Assembly (NCBI GenBank): GCA_035510735.1
Contig: DATKGN010000013.1
Span: forward strand, 596-64,595
Direction of reading: 5' to 3'
Source of the DNA: Patescibacteria group bacterium
Lineage (GTDB): Bacteria; Patescibacteriota; Microgenomatia; UBA10105; UBA927
Length of the DNA stretch: 64,000 bases
The notes under the pieces: model-generated
Database searches by the model: none
Told to the model about the DNA's origin: nothing
Seen by the model: the letters and a program-made list of their open reading frames with translations, nothing else
Position numbers and translations under genes: made by a program
Shown here: positions 18,686-28,781 of the stretch, in pieces
How positions within the stretch are numbered: position 1 is the first letter of the stretch
Layout: each line of letters opens with the position of its first letter

Positions 18686-19666
18686 TTATGCATATCCGTT
18701 GGGGTGCATTTTATACCACGCCCATGCGGATTCAATGATCGATTCAAGCGACGCATGTGACGGCTTCCAGCCAAGAAGTTTTCCCGCTTTTCGGTTATCT
18801 GCAAATATAGCATCCGGATCTCCCCAACGGCGCTCTTTGTAGTGGATATCCATCTTTTTACCCGTCACCTTCTCTATTGTGTGCAATATCTCAAGATTCG
18901 AATATCCTTTTCCGACACCCAAATTAACCGTCAATGATACATTATTTTTAATAATAAATTGTGCTGCCTTCAGATGCGCGTCCGCTAAATCCAATACATG
19001 AATATAATCCCGCACACACGTTCCGTCCGGAGTTTTATAATCCTCCCCAAATACGAAAAATGGTTTCCCCGATGCCGCAGATGCGAGTGCAACCGGAATA
19101 ATGTGCGTCTCAACGGGATGAGCTTCTCCTAATGTACCATCAGAGAGAGCTCCGCATGCATTAAAATACCGTAGGTTTGCATGGTGGATACCGTAGATTT
19201 TTTCGTACCAATCGAGAATCTGTTCAAAATTCCGCTTAGAAGCACCATATACGGACGCAGGCGCTATCGGCGACTCTTCGGTAACCGGCAGACTCTCCGG
19301 AAATCCATATACCGCACAGGTTGAAGAAAAAATAATCGTTTTACACCCGTTGCGCCGCATCGCATCAAGGAGATTTAATCCACCGTCAATATTGTTGTGA
19401 AAATACTTAAATGGCTTCTGCATCGACTCCCCCGCCAGAGCAAGCGCCGCAAAATGAATTACCGCGTCAAAGTGATCATTTTCTAACACACGATCAATGG
19501 CATCTTTCGACGTGAGATCTCCGATGACTAATTTTGCGTCACCCACCGCTTCTTTATGGCCTGTACTCATATTGTCAAATATTTGAGTCTCGTGAGACTT
19601 TGACCTCAATAACCAATTAGTAATGGATCCGATGTACCCGGCGCCGCCGGTGATTAAAAACTTCAT
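18686..19666 (-). CDS. galE: UDP-glucose 4-epimerase
   Basis: Motifs include MKFLITGGAGYIGS, the catalytic YGASK (YxxxK) and the overall SDR-extended layout. The 326-aa length fits GalE. Confidence 0.85.
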   Translation of the reverse strand: MKFLITGGAGYIGSITNWLLRSKSHETQIFDNMSTGHKEAVGDAKLVIGDLTSKDAIDRVLENDHFDAVIHFAALALAGESMQKPFKYFHNNIDGGLNLLDAMRRNGCKTIIFSSTCAVYGFPESLPVTEESPIAPASVYGASKRNFEQILDWYEKIYGIHHANLRYFNACGALSDGTLGEAHPVETHIIPVALASAASGKPFFVFGEDYKTPDGTCVRDYIHVLDLADAHLKAAQFIIKNNVSLTVNLGVGKGYSNLEILHTIEKVTGKKMDIHYKERRWGDPDAIFADNRKAGKLLGWKPSHASLESIIESAWAWYKMHPNGYA

Positions 19667-19884
19667 GAGATATTCCTTTGCGTAAATCGTTCACGTAATA
19701 TGTAGGTCAATAAAAATCCTCCGGCATACAAAACCAGTCGCTCACCGGTGAAAAAAACCCACTTCGCATAAAGTGGAATCGCCACAAGAAGACACAGGAG
19801 TCCGGCATAAACGAACCACTTCGGTTTCCTTGCGCTAAATAATATGATGAAGATAACAAAAAATCCCAAATCCTGTATTTTCAT
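19663..19884 (-). CDS. small hydrophobic protein (2-3 TM), hypothetical
   Basis: The 73-aa product is almost entirely hydrophobic helices. It has an ATGA-type overlap with galE. It could be a genuine small membrane subunit or an overprediction. Confidence 0.3.
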   Translation of the reverse strand: MKIQDLGFFVIFIILFSARKPKWFVYAGLLCLLVAIPLYAKWVFFTGERLVLYAGGFLLTYILRERFTQRNIS

Positions 19885-19907
19885 ATTCGCGGCTGCATGT
19901 TTTTACG

Positions 19908-20852
19908 CTATTTTCGTAGCGAGTAATAAGCAATTGTTTTTTGCAACCCCACGTCAATCGCAACCTTCGGACGCCACCCGACAAGATCAGTGACTTTGGA
20001 GATATCGGGCTTTCTCTTCACAGGATCATCTTCAGGCAAATTAGTGTGAATAATCTTCGAAGTCGTTTTGGTCATTTCCTGAATTTTCTTCGCTAAATCG
20101 AAAACAGTACATTCCTCGGGGTTTCCGAGATTAATAATCTCACCGTTTGTACGTTCTGAGAACATAATGGCCATAAGCCCGATAACTAAATCCGAAACAA
20201 AACAAAATGAACGTGTTTGTTTTCCGTCACCGTATATAGTCAACGGTTTTTTTTCAAGAGCTTGATTGATAAAATTAGAAATAACCCGACCGTCGTCTCT
20301 CCGCATATTCGGTCCGTACGTATTGAATATCCGGACAATCCGCCCGTCGACCCCTTTATCCCTGACATACAGTTTTGTCATCATTTCCCCGAATCGTTTG
20401 GACTCGTCATAACACGCCCGGATACCAACCGGGTTTACATTACCCCAATAACTTTCCTTCTGCGGATGCTCAAGGGGATTCCCATACACTTCGCTTGTTG
20501 AGCTGAATAAAAATTTAGCCTGATACCCCCGCGCAAACCGGAGAAGATTGCGGGTGCCCACAGAATTAACCAGAGCTGTTTCTTCGTGGTATTTTTGATA
20601 GTCAGGAACCGATGCAGGTGAAGCAAGATGAAATACATAATCAACCTTCGGCAAAATAGGCATTTCTTTTACGACATCCCAGCGGATAAAGGTAAAATTC
20701 GGATTTCTCTTCAATTGCTCAATATTTTTTTCGGACCCTGTGATGAGGTTGTCAACGCAAATTACTGTATAGTTTTTTTCGATAAGTAATTCACACAAAT
20801 GAGATCCGATAAACCCTGCCCCCCCGGTAACCAATGCTGTCTTATTTTCCAT
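19908..20852 (-). CDS. uxs: UDP-glucuronate decarboxylase (UDP-xylose synthase)
   Basis: It is near-colinear with eukaryotic and bacterial UXS. Motifs include LVTGGAGFIGSHL, VDNLITG, NPNFTFIRWDV, HLASPASVPDY, STSEVYGNP, YWGNVNPVGIRACYDESKR and RIFNTYGPNM. Confidence 0.85.
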   Translation of the reverse strand: MENKTALVTGGAGFIGSHLCELLIEKNYTVICVDNLITGSEKNIEQLKRNPNFTFIRWDVVKEMPILPKVDYVFHLASPASVPDYQKYHEETALVNSVGTRNLLRFARGYQAKFLFSSTSEVYGNPLEHPQKESYWGNVNPVGIRACYDESKRFGEMMTKLYVRDKGVDGRIVRIFNTYGPNMRRDDGRVISNFINQALEKKPLTIYGDGKQTRSFCFVSDLVIGLMAIMFSERTNGEIINLGNPEECTVFDLAKKIQEMTKTTSKIIHTNLPEDDPVKRKPDISKVTDLVGWRPKVAIDVGLQKTIAYYSLRK

Positions 20853-20909
20853 GATTCTATTCTATCAGATTACACCGCATACTGACATAATTTTTTGCGC
20901 GAATTACTA

Positions 20910-22778
20910 TTAAATAGAAAACACTATAACGTCACCGTTTTCAAAAACCTTCCGTAAATACTGTTGGAACAGTTGAACATTGATTGTATATCGAAAATCC
21001 GGGGAGGGTTTTTTTGGTACAACAATATAGCTGACATTGTATTGTTCCATTAATACCCCATCGTCTTTCGGCTGCTCAAACATCAATTTCACAACATGAG
21101 AACGGTCAGGAGTAAGTGTATTCTGAAAAAATCCGTAAAAATTCCTTCTTCCGGCAAGTACCACCGGATCAAAAATGTCGGGATTCTCGACAAATACAGC
21201 ACGCTGTGAAGTTGAATTACGTATCCACTCGATAAATGTATTCTGCGGCGCATCTGTGACAGGATACCCAAAATCATTTTTTATCACCATAAGGTCAATC
21301 ACGCCGGATATCGTTAAAAATAGGATAAATATAACAGCAAACCCACGTAGGACTGTATTTTTCTTTCGCCACATGTAATAAATTAAATATGATGAAATAA
21401 TATTGGCAAATATGACGGTGTAGTTTCCGAATTTTTGATCGATATCAAATACAAACAATACCTTCGCGAGAATCCCGACAATAAACATGACAAGACCCGT
21501 TGCGAAAAATATCCTATATTGCCGGGGCATCACAAACAATCCGATCGGAACACTGAAGAGCAATATACCGTAATTATAAATAATATAGAGCAAAATGGGC
21601 ACATGCGTCGTTGGCAGCGGTATACTACTGCGCACCGCTGGGGTTATATACACCATCGCAGCCCGTACCCACGTCATAAGCGTCGGCACAGAACATATCA
21701 AAGAAGCAATAATATAAACAACGAACTGACGATATTTTCTATTTATTAATAACAGAATTCCGACAGTTCCAAGCAGTATGCCAAACATCACAATATGCCA
21801 AAACGCCAATAGACCCGTAAGTATTCCGACAATCATTAAATCAATCATTGACCATGTCTTCTTTTTGCACTCCTGAAATACAACCAAACCGACGAGGAGG
21901 GCAATCGCAATTCCCAGCGCAAGATGACGTTGATTAACAAAGACATTGAGCGTCCAATAAATAGAAATAGGCGATCCGTCAAACGGCCCCGCAAAAAAAT
22001 ATTTCGGAAGCCGCCAGAGTATTTTTAGCGCATGTATTGAAACTCCGTATTTTTCAAAGAAAAAAATAAATGTCAGCGTGCTGTGTAAGATCGTAAAGAG
22101 AACCGCGAAAAGTCCGACAATTTTAGGCGCTTTCGTTAGCACGCGCGGAATAAAATAGATAACCACAAGAAGGCATGCGTATGTTAAGGCGCTTGGTATA
22201 TTCACGGCCCACACGATCGGTACCCCAAGATGTTCGTACATACCGACCCAAAAATAGAACATAAAATGATACACGTGAACGGCATTTGCTACAAACGGAG
22301 AGAGAAACGGAAGATTATTCCCCCATGAAAAGGATCTGACGATCGAAAGCGCGTGACCGAAATCAAATACTTCATTGCTACCGATTAATAAAACCGACCC
22401 GGTCCCCATTCGAAAAGATTTAAACATTAACCAAAATGAAAATATGAGGGAGAATAACAAAACCGTCATATCAAAACGCTCCTTCAATGCACTCCGTATT
22501 TCCTTTTTTATTCCGACTAAACACGATTTCCAGCGCAACAGAAAGTACAGAAATATCAAGAAGGAATAACTCAGGGACGCTACGAAAATCCGATCCAAAC
22601 TACGCGGCAGAAGACTTGCAAGCACATAAGCTAGTGATACTGAAACTACCGTTCCAATAAGAAAAGCCGCCACAAAACGAAATAGAGCAAACGGCAATGC
22701 TGATTTCCATCGGTTAACAAGAACATACCCGCTTACGATTGACGCAATAGAAAATAATAATAGAATCGCTTGATGCAT
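20910..22778 (-). CDS. polytopic membrane protein (at least 12 TM) with a C-terminal extracytoplasmic domain; candidate GT-C-like transferase, unclassified
   Basis: The product is 622 aa. A hydrophobic N-terminal two-thirds is followed by a roughly 150-aa soluble C-terminal region. No soluble-enzyme motifs are present. Confidence 0.5.
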   Translation of the reverse strand: MHQAILLLFSIASIVSGYVLVNRWKSALPFALFRFVAAFLIGTVVSVSLAYVLASLLPRSLDRIFVASLSYSFLIFLYFLLRWKSCLVGIKKEIRSALKERFDMTVLLFSLIFSFWLMFKSFRMGTGSVLLIGSNEVFDFGHALSIVRSFSWGNNLPFLSPFVANAVHVYHFMFYFWVGMYEHLGVPIVWAVNIPSALTYACLLVVIYFIPRVLTKAPKIVGLFAVLFTILHSTLTFIFFFEKYGVSIHALKILWRLPKYFFAGPFDGSPISIYWTLNVFVNQRHLALGIAIALLVGLVVFQECKKKTWSMIDLMIVGILTGLLAFWHIVMFGILLGTVGILLLINRKYRQFVVYIIASLICSVPTLMTWVRAAMVYITPAVRSSIPLPTTHVPILLYIIYNYGILLFSVPIGLFVMPRQYRIFFATGLVMFIVGILAKVLFVFDIDQKFGNYTVIFANIISSYLIYYMWRKKNTVLRGFAVIFILFLTISGVIDLMVIKNDFGYPVTDAPQNTFIEWIRNSTSQRAVFVENPDIFDPVVLAGRRNFYGFFQNTLTPDRSHVVKLMFEQPKDDGVLMEQYNVSYIVVPKKPSPDFRYTINVQLFQQYLRKVFENGDVIVFSI

Positions 22779-22780
22779 AG

Positions 22781-24721
22781 TTATAATTTTTTTCTCGTGA
22801 TGAAAATGAGTACGCTCACTAACACAATCGAAACGATACTAACAATGCTCAAAAAATTCACCGCGCGCGAAGGAGAATATTGGAGTATTAAATCATCTGA
22901 CACCACAGGAGATAACGAATAACGTATCATACCCAAAGTTGTTTTTTCTGGCTTAACTACCATCTTACCAACACGTAAGATCCATCCGGGGTCATATGCC
23001 ATTTGAAAATTAATCGTATTGATCACCGTTGTCGTTTTAGGTATTACGATCATCCCCTTAGGAGTAACGGAAAATATCACGGATTCGTTTTCCGGTCCGG
23101 CTGTTATCAGGGCGTCATACATTGTATTCTCATAAACAGATAACGACGTAAAACCTTTCAGTCGTCTGAGAGAACTTTTATCAATGGCAGTAATGAGTTC
23201 ATCCCGTAGGTGTTTATCAAAAACGTATTGCGTTTGGAAAATTCGTTTCTCGTAATCCGCAGGCACCACGATATACCGAATGGAGTAACTACCGAGTATT
23301 TGGGTAAAATCCGGCTTTCTGACCATCAATATAACAGCCGATAGTGAACTGTTGGGAAAAAGACTCGTGCCGTCAATCACAGGATGCATCATGTCTGCAT
23401 ACCCGAGCCGCTCCGGTTGCGGCAACCATAACGTGCGGGAAAATCTACTATCATGTTGAATTAGATTCATGAATTGTTGATAATCAGACGGAACCGGCTG
23501 GGGACGAAAATTCCCCGTCAACTGCCCCAAAAATAATTGACGGATAAGAATACCCCAGAACAACAGAAATAAAACAATCACAACATAGTTAAGATGAACT
23601 CGAACGGCCTCCTTTTTTGTTAATCGCGAAACGGTCTCACTAACGTTTGTTAACGTATAAGGAATGAGAATTGCATAAGACAGTGCGACGAATAAATAAA
23701 ATTTCGTCGGATCCCGGTATAAAACAAATCCGGGTATATGGAGAAAACTCCAGGCATAAATGCCACCCAAAGGACCATTTTCTCCCGACGAGAGAAATGC
23801 TCCAATAAGTCCAATAAGTGAAAAGAATAATATCCGCGTTCTATTCTTTATGGTTTGACGGTTTAAAAAAACGAGCGACGCAAAAGCGATAAATGGAAGA
23901 AACAAATACTCGGGTTGTAGAAAATATACTTTTCCAAAAATATTATCCGGCCAATTCGGATGAAGAAGCGATAAGGCATGACTAAAATCTGCGGAACTTA
24001 AAAACTTCACAATGCCGCCACCAGAATATTGGCCATTATCGGTGATGACGCTGCCCGGATACATAACCGATGGCACTATCCAAAAAGCATGAATAACCGC
24101 CGCAACGATTCCCGCAATTCCCAGACGGATATACGTTTCAAATGCTAGAAATAATGATGGTTTAGTAAAAAATGCATAAACAATGACAACTCCAACCGCC
24201 AAAATAGCCATTCGCAAATCGAAAGCCACAAGGAGCGTAATCCACAGCCCGTCTATAAGTGACTGCCGTATCCATTCGGATTTTAGTGGTTTATGATTCC
24301 CCCACCCATCAATCCATTCCATCGCCCGGTTCAAAAATAGCGGCACGGCGGCAAATCCCACTGACACGCCGAATTGCCCGCCTCCGAATAGCATCAAAAG
24401 GTAAGTATTGGATGCATAAATAATTGCGGATACCGCTATCAATAGTTTAGACTGAAAAAACCGACTAGCCAAAACTGAGGCGCAATAGACAGCTATAATG
24501 AAAACGGATATCCAAAGTATTTTGTCTATCGCGACCCATTCCAACCCCGCACTATGAAATAATTTAATGATGCTGGACACCCACGACTCATACCATAAAC
24601 GATTAATGTTACTCTCCCCTAAGTTCTTCGCCCAATTCCAGGCTTGTGGCAACCAAGAGAGTTGATTTAAATTGGAGGGATAATAGAACGGTCCGTCTCC
24701 AGATGCAAAAAAAACGTTCAT
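22781..24721 (-). CDS. polytopic membrane protein with extracytoplasmic loops/domain; candidate GT-C-like transferase, unclassified
   Basis: The product is 646 aa with many TM helices. A large region between TM clusters is followed by a C-terminal TM anchor (FLSIVSIVSIVLVSVLIFI). Confidence 0.5.
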   Translation of the reverse strand: MNVFFASGDGPFYYPSNLNQLSWLPQAWNWAKNLGESNINRLWYESWVSSIIKLFHSAGLEWVAIDKILWISVFIIAVYCASVLASRFFQSKLLIAVSAIIYASNTYLLMLFGGGQFGVSVGFAAVPLFLNRAMEWIDGWGNHKPLKSEWIRQSLIDGLWITLLVAFDLRMAILAVGVVIVYAFFTKPSLFLAFETYIRLGIAGIVAAVIHAFWIVPSVMYPGSVITDNGQYSGGGIVKFLSSADFSHALSLLHPNWPDNIFGKVYFLQPEYLFLPFIAFASLVFLNRQTIKNRTRILFFSLIGLIGAFLSSGENGPLGGIYAWSFLHIPGFVLYRDPTKFYLFVALSYAILIPYTLTNVSETVSRLTKKEAVRVHLNYVVIVLFLLFWGILIRQLFLGQLTGNFRPQPVPSDYQQFMNLIQHDSRFSRTLWLPQPERLGYADMMHPVIDGTSLFPNSSLSAVILMVRKPDFTQILGSYSIRYIVVPADYEKRIFQTQYVFDKHLRDELITAIDKSSLRRLKGFTSLSVYENTMYDALITAGPENESVIFSVTPKGMIVIPKTTTVINTINFQMAYDPGWILRVGKMVVKPEKTTLGMIRYSLSPVVSDDLILQYSPSRAVNFLSIVSIVSIVLVSVLIFITRKKL

Positions 24722-24761
24722 ATAGTTGTGCTATTTAGCATATTTTTCCAATCCTTTTCGT

Positions 24762-25739
24762 TCATGTTTTTTGACCGGCCCTAGATTCATTATAGAGCAA
24801 CAATAACCCAACGATTGTATAGAAAAATGTGATAATTGCGCTCCTACTTGCTACATCTTCCATATGGGTTAACAACCACAATGGGGACAAAAATAACAAT
24901 ACGAGCGCTATGCCAAAAATATGTGACGAAGAGATACGAAATCTTTGAGCAACTATATATGTCATAAGTGCCAAAAAGATAACAATGTCAGATTGCATAA
25001 GAACCGGTTGAATAACATAGACTACTACCATAGTTGCTATCATTATATGAGGAAGTATTGTTCGCATTAATACCATCCGCTCCATAGTATTCCGAAACAG
25101 TATTTCGACAAGATACAGTACGGCCGGGACCAAGAAAACCATGAGATAGGCGAGATAATTAATGTTGAGAAACAAATTTTCTGACTTTGTTAATGCAAAC
25201 TGAAGAATGCTCTTCTTTGATTGAATAACAGTATGCCTGTCAAACGTATACCGTGAGAAAAAATACTGTCTATTCTTAAGAAACCCTATGGCATTATTCG
25301 GTATCCCATTAACCGAATAAATCTCAAATTCATAGATTTTACCCTTGGAGTTTTTTATTACGGGAAATCCAAAAGGATACGGTTCGTTATCGGGGAATCT
25401 GTCTGTAAAATATTTATTAAAACAATACCAATCCTTCGAACCCTTTTCCTTAAGTTGAAAAACAATTATATCATTATTAATTCTGTTAAATGTCGTCACC
25501 GGTACTGCAATTGCGCCGAGGTTGTCCTCATGAGCAATAAATTCCCCATAGATCAGGTCACCTTTATATAGTTCCGGATGTGAAGAGAATTGCATTTGGG
25601 CTATCGTGTGATCATATTGAAGAGTCGTCACACTAACTTCCCGATAATAATATATCGACAAGCCGGTACCTATAAGAATCAATAGGAGAGGAATTACAAA
25701 TATCGTAAACAACTTAATGATAAAATTATTGTTTTTCAT
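24762..25739 (-). CDS. membrane protein: N-terminal TM, roughly 170-aa extracytoplasmic domain, then 4-5 C-terminal TM helices; hypothetical
   Basis: The topology is read from hydrophobicity. It has a 4-nt overlap with the upstream gene. Confidence 0.45.
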   Translation of the reverse strand: MKNNNFIIKLFTIFVIPLLLILIGTGLSIYYYREVSVTTLQYDHTIAQMQFSSHPELYKGDLIYGEFIAHEDNLGAIAVPVTTFNRINNDIIVFQLKEKGSKDWYCFNKYFTDRFPDNEPYPFGFPVIKNSKGKIYEFEIYSVNGIPNNAIGFLKNRQYFFSRYTFDRHTVIQSKKSILQFALTKSENLFLNINYLAYLMVFLVPAVLYLVEILFRNTMERMVLMRTILPHIMIATMVVVYVIQPVLMQSDIVIFLALMTYIVAQRFRISSSHIFGIALVLLFLSPLWLLTHMEDVASRSAIITFFYTIVGLLLLYNESRAGQKT

Positions 25740-28006
25740 ATGGCATTACGTCGGAATATGACAAATCTTACTATTCCCATAATCACCAAATATCCTGCAA
25801 TACCTATCCAAAATACAACACTCACTTCGTTAATAAATTGGACGTATTTTTGAACATGAAAGTAAATACGCAGATGAATTTGTTTTTGACCGTTAACCGT
25901 CTCTAAGGTCTTAGGATAAGCCTGCACAATCTTTGGAAGTTCAAACGACCACCCGTTCCCAAAACGGTAAATCATAAAGTGAGTCGCGTTATTAACTGTG
26001 TATTCATGGCCTTGAGAATCAACGGCAAATAGATCCCATGAACCGTCAAACGGCTCTAAGAAAGCCAAATTTGTTCTACCCTCTTTAAAGTGAATGGTAA
26101 TGTCGTATTGGTAGGGATAAGATTTTTGAATTGCTGGAACTGCGATGTCAGCGGGGATTGATTGTGTATTGTTGGTCAAAAATATTTTATCGGTCGTGAA
26201 TCGTTTATTTATCGAATACAGCGAATATCGGGTACCGAAATCCTTAATTTTATCTCCGAGAATTAATTTATTATACGCTGGTTTTTGGGCATCGATCGTG
26301 CCTTCAAAGTTAAGGTGATCATACGCCGCTTTCGGTAATGAATATCGTGAAACGATTATATATTTTACGCTCATGCGTTGTAATATCTCTCCGATTTTTT
26401 CGTATTGGCCGTTATGAAGATATCCGAGCATCTGAAAATTTAAGTCCGGATCAGCTGTTGTCGCGAAACTCTGGAATCCTGCGAAATCTGAAATACCAGC
26501 CAAAAATTGCATCGGTGAGGCGCCGTAATAATAATGTCCCGGATTCTCTTTATCCTCGATAACCACATAACTGGCAAAATTGAGAGGAAGCCAGGCAAAC
26601 CGTGACGGTTCATGCATCGAACGGACATACGATATGAGGTTCATAAAATCTGGGTTGAAATTGCCGGAAATATTTTGATACGTGTCATCTGTGAGTGTCG
26701 GCGGAAAAAAATAATTCCTCGCAGACCAAATTGTTGTAAAAAATAATAATACTATTAACAAGTTCATGATGTGTTTCTTTTTAATCGTTTTGACAAGGAC
26801 AACGAGTGACATACAGAGCGCAAATGCGAATTGAAAGCTTACGGCTATGCCGAATTTGTCATACATATTTCGGAACATTGCAAACAACGGAATATGGTTG
26901 TTGAAAAAAGTAAATATCGCAACGTTCCAATCTCCGAAGTTGGGTGTGACGAGAGCGAAACTGAACAATAATCCGGCGACAGACAGGACATACGAAGGGA
27001 TGTATTTCCTAATTTTTCGTATACGAATGCCCGCAAGTAGAATTACGGCAAAATAGAGAACTCCGTACGACTGGGCAAAATCCATATTGTTTCGCTCATC
27101 CCACGAGGAGCGTATATAGGCTGATAGTTGGTTAATGGGGTCATTGAGATGCGACAATGATTGAATAAGATCAACGTTATTCGCTTTGATGACGGAAGAA
27201 GATACCGACGCGATCACGGAAGAACCTCCGGTATGGGCGACAAGCGGGTAAACTTGATGAAATAGCCAATAAAAATTTAACCCGGCTACCAAAACGAAAA
27301 AGATCAACGTCATTTTAACGAAAGAGGAGAAGTAGTTCTTAATGAGTATGATGAAAATTGGTATAGAGGCAAACGCCATGGCGCCAAACCAGGGCAACGT
27401 CAAAAAAGTGGAACTAAATGCCGAATAAACTACTGCCGAAAGAACGACATGATAGACTTTATTCTCCTTGACTGCCCTGATAAATAAATAAAAGACAGCG
27501 GGAAAAATAGAAATCATATAGATTGCTAACAGTTGCGCGGAAAAAACCGTTTTTATGACAAACAAAGAGAGAATGTAAAATAATGAAGAAACAAACCGTG
27601 CGGAAAATACACCTGCGCCCTTCTCATTTTCCTGTGTCCACAACCCGGTAAAAAGATAAAAGAACAAAAACCCGCCCGCGAGGTTTGCTCCGTACATGAG
27701 AAGCTGCGTATTAATATAGGGAGCCACATGTTTTAATCCCGAAATAATCAACAGTACCGGGATAAAGAAGCTCACTGATTCATAACCACCGTTAGTCCCT
27801 AATGTATTATTCGATACGATGTTACCGACAAAATTCCGCAGCATTTCTCCTGGGAAAATATAGTAGAGGCGTGTATCATCTCCACCGACATCATAAAATC
27901 CATGTAATCTAATAAAAGGGACAAAGACTAAACAAATTGAAGTTATAATGACGAGTTTATTTCTGTTAAGGAAATGAATCAGAGTAGTAATAAAATTTTT
28001 TGGCAT
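25736..28006 (-). CDS. large polytopic membrane protein (N-terminal half about 12 TM, C-terminal roughly 350-aa extracytoplasmic domain, terminal TM anchor); candidate GT-C-like transferase
   Basis: The product is 756 aa. An early loop has HGFYDVGGDDTRLYY (an acidic motif). A C-terminal anchor VSVVFWIGIAGYLVIMGIVRFVIF is present. Confidence 0.5.
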   Translation of the reverse strand: MPKNFITTLIHFLNRNKLVIITSICLVFVPFIRLHGFYDVGGDDTRLYYIFPGEMLRNFVGNIVSNNTLGTNGGYESVSFFIPVLLIISGLKHVAPYINTQLLMYGANLAGGFLFFYLFTGLWTQENEKGAGVFSARFVSSLFYILSLFVIKTVFSAQLLAIYMISIFPAVFYLFIRAVKENKVYHVVLSAVVYSAFSSTFLTLPWFGAMAFASIPIFIILIKNYFSSFVKMTLIFFVLVAGLNFYWLFHQVYPLVAHTGGSSVIASVSSSVIKANNVDLIQSLSHLNDPINQLSAYIRSSWDERNNMDFAQSYGVLYFAVILLAGIRIRKIRKYIPSYVLSVAGLLFSFALVTPNFGDWNVAIFTFFNNHIPLFAMFRNMYDKFGIAVSFQFAFALCMSLVVLVKTIKKKHIMNLLIVLLFFTTIWSARNYFFPPTLTDDTYQNISGNFNPDFMNLISYVRSMHEPSRFAWLPLNFASYVVIEDKENPGHYYYGASPMQFLAGISDFAGFQSFATTADPDLNFQMLGYLHNGQYEKIGEILQRMSVKYIIVSRYSLPKAAYDHLNFEGTIDAQKPAYNKLILGDKIKDFGTRYSLYSINKRFTTDKIFLTNNTQSIPADIAVPAIQKSYPYQYDITIHFKEGRTNLAFLEPFDGSWDLFAVDSQGHEYTVNNATHFMIYRFGNGWSFELPKIVQAYPKTLETVNGQKQIHLRIYFHVQKYVQFINEVSVVFWIGIAGYLVIMGIVRFVIFRRNAI

Positions 28007-28051
28007 AAATCACAGTTATGTTTTTGTAGCTGATTATAATAAATACAACAT

Positions 28052-28723
28052 TTATTTATATCCAACGCACATAAGATTTACAGACACTGAGGGAAGCATA
28101 ACGCCTAATATCCGACTTCTTATAAGTCCAATATTAAATTTGTCACCGATAGTGTGAATTGATAAAAATTTATTGACTTTTAGCTGACTCTCAAGAGTGG
28201 ATTGTGTGTAATACCGTATATGTCCAACGGATGGCAACCCGTTTGTAGTTAGATGGGGAGAATACTCTAAATATGGTGATACACCAAAAAGAAGCATCAA
28301 TCGCCGACCTATAGAAGCGACATTTGGAGTTGTTACTATCAATTTCCCTCTCTTTTTTAATAATCGATAACTTTCTTTTAATAACGCATCTGTGTCAAAT
28401 ACGTGTTCAATAATATCACCTAAGATTACGACATCGAACATGTTTTCTTTAAACGGCATCCTGCCAGATTCAATATCATGGTAATATGCCTTAATCCCGG
28501 CCTCTTTCGCCTTCAATAAATTATTTTTGACTATATCAACTCCGTATACAATATTAGAATTCGCCAGCAGCTTTTTGCTTATAAACCCATCATTACACCC
28601 CACGTCCAACACTGTCTTATGCTCTCCTGTTTCCTTAATTAAAAACTCAATTTTTTCATTATAATATCCACCAGTTTCTCTTTTATCCTCTACTACAGAA
28701 TCATAAAATAGGTCGTTTTTCAT
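28052..28723 (-). CDS. class I SAM-dependent methyltransferase
   Basis: Motif I is VLDVGCNDGFIS. The post-I acidic residue is in VYGVDI. Motif II/III is VVILGDIIEHV...LKKRGKLIVTTPN. Confidence 0.75.
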   Translation of the reverse strand: MKNDLFYDSVVEDKRETGGYYNEKIEFLIKETGEHKTVLDVGCNDGFISKKLLANSNIVYGVDIVKNNLLKAKEAGIKAYYHDIESGRMPFKENMFDVVILGDIIEHVFDTDALLKESYRLLKKRGKLIVTTPNVASIGRRLMLLFGVSPYLEYSPHLTTNGLPSVGHIRYYTQSTLESQLKVNKFLSIHTIGDKFNIGLIRSRILGVMLPSVSVNLMCVGYK

Positions 28724-28781
28724 AATAATCTGCTAAATTGCTGGATACAATACCGAATATACCAGAGATTATAACTTATTT

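Noticed and set aside
21435-21749. Plus-strand 104-aa His/Arg-rich ORF
   Set aside because: It is antisense to the 20910..22778 membrane protein gene. Its composition simply mirrors the antisense of a hydrophobic-codon-rich gene. No start context is present.
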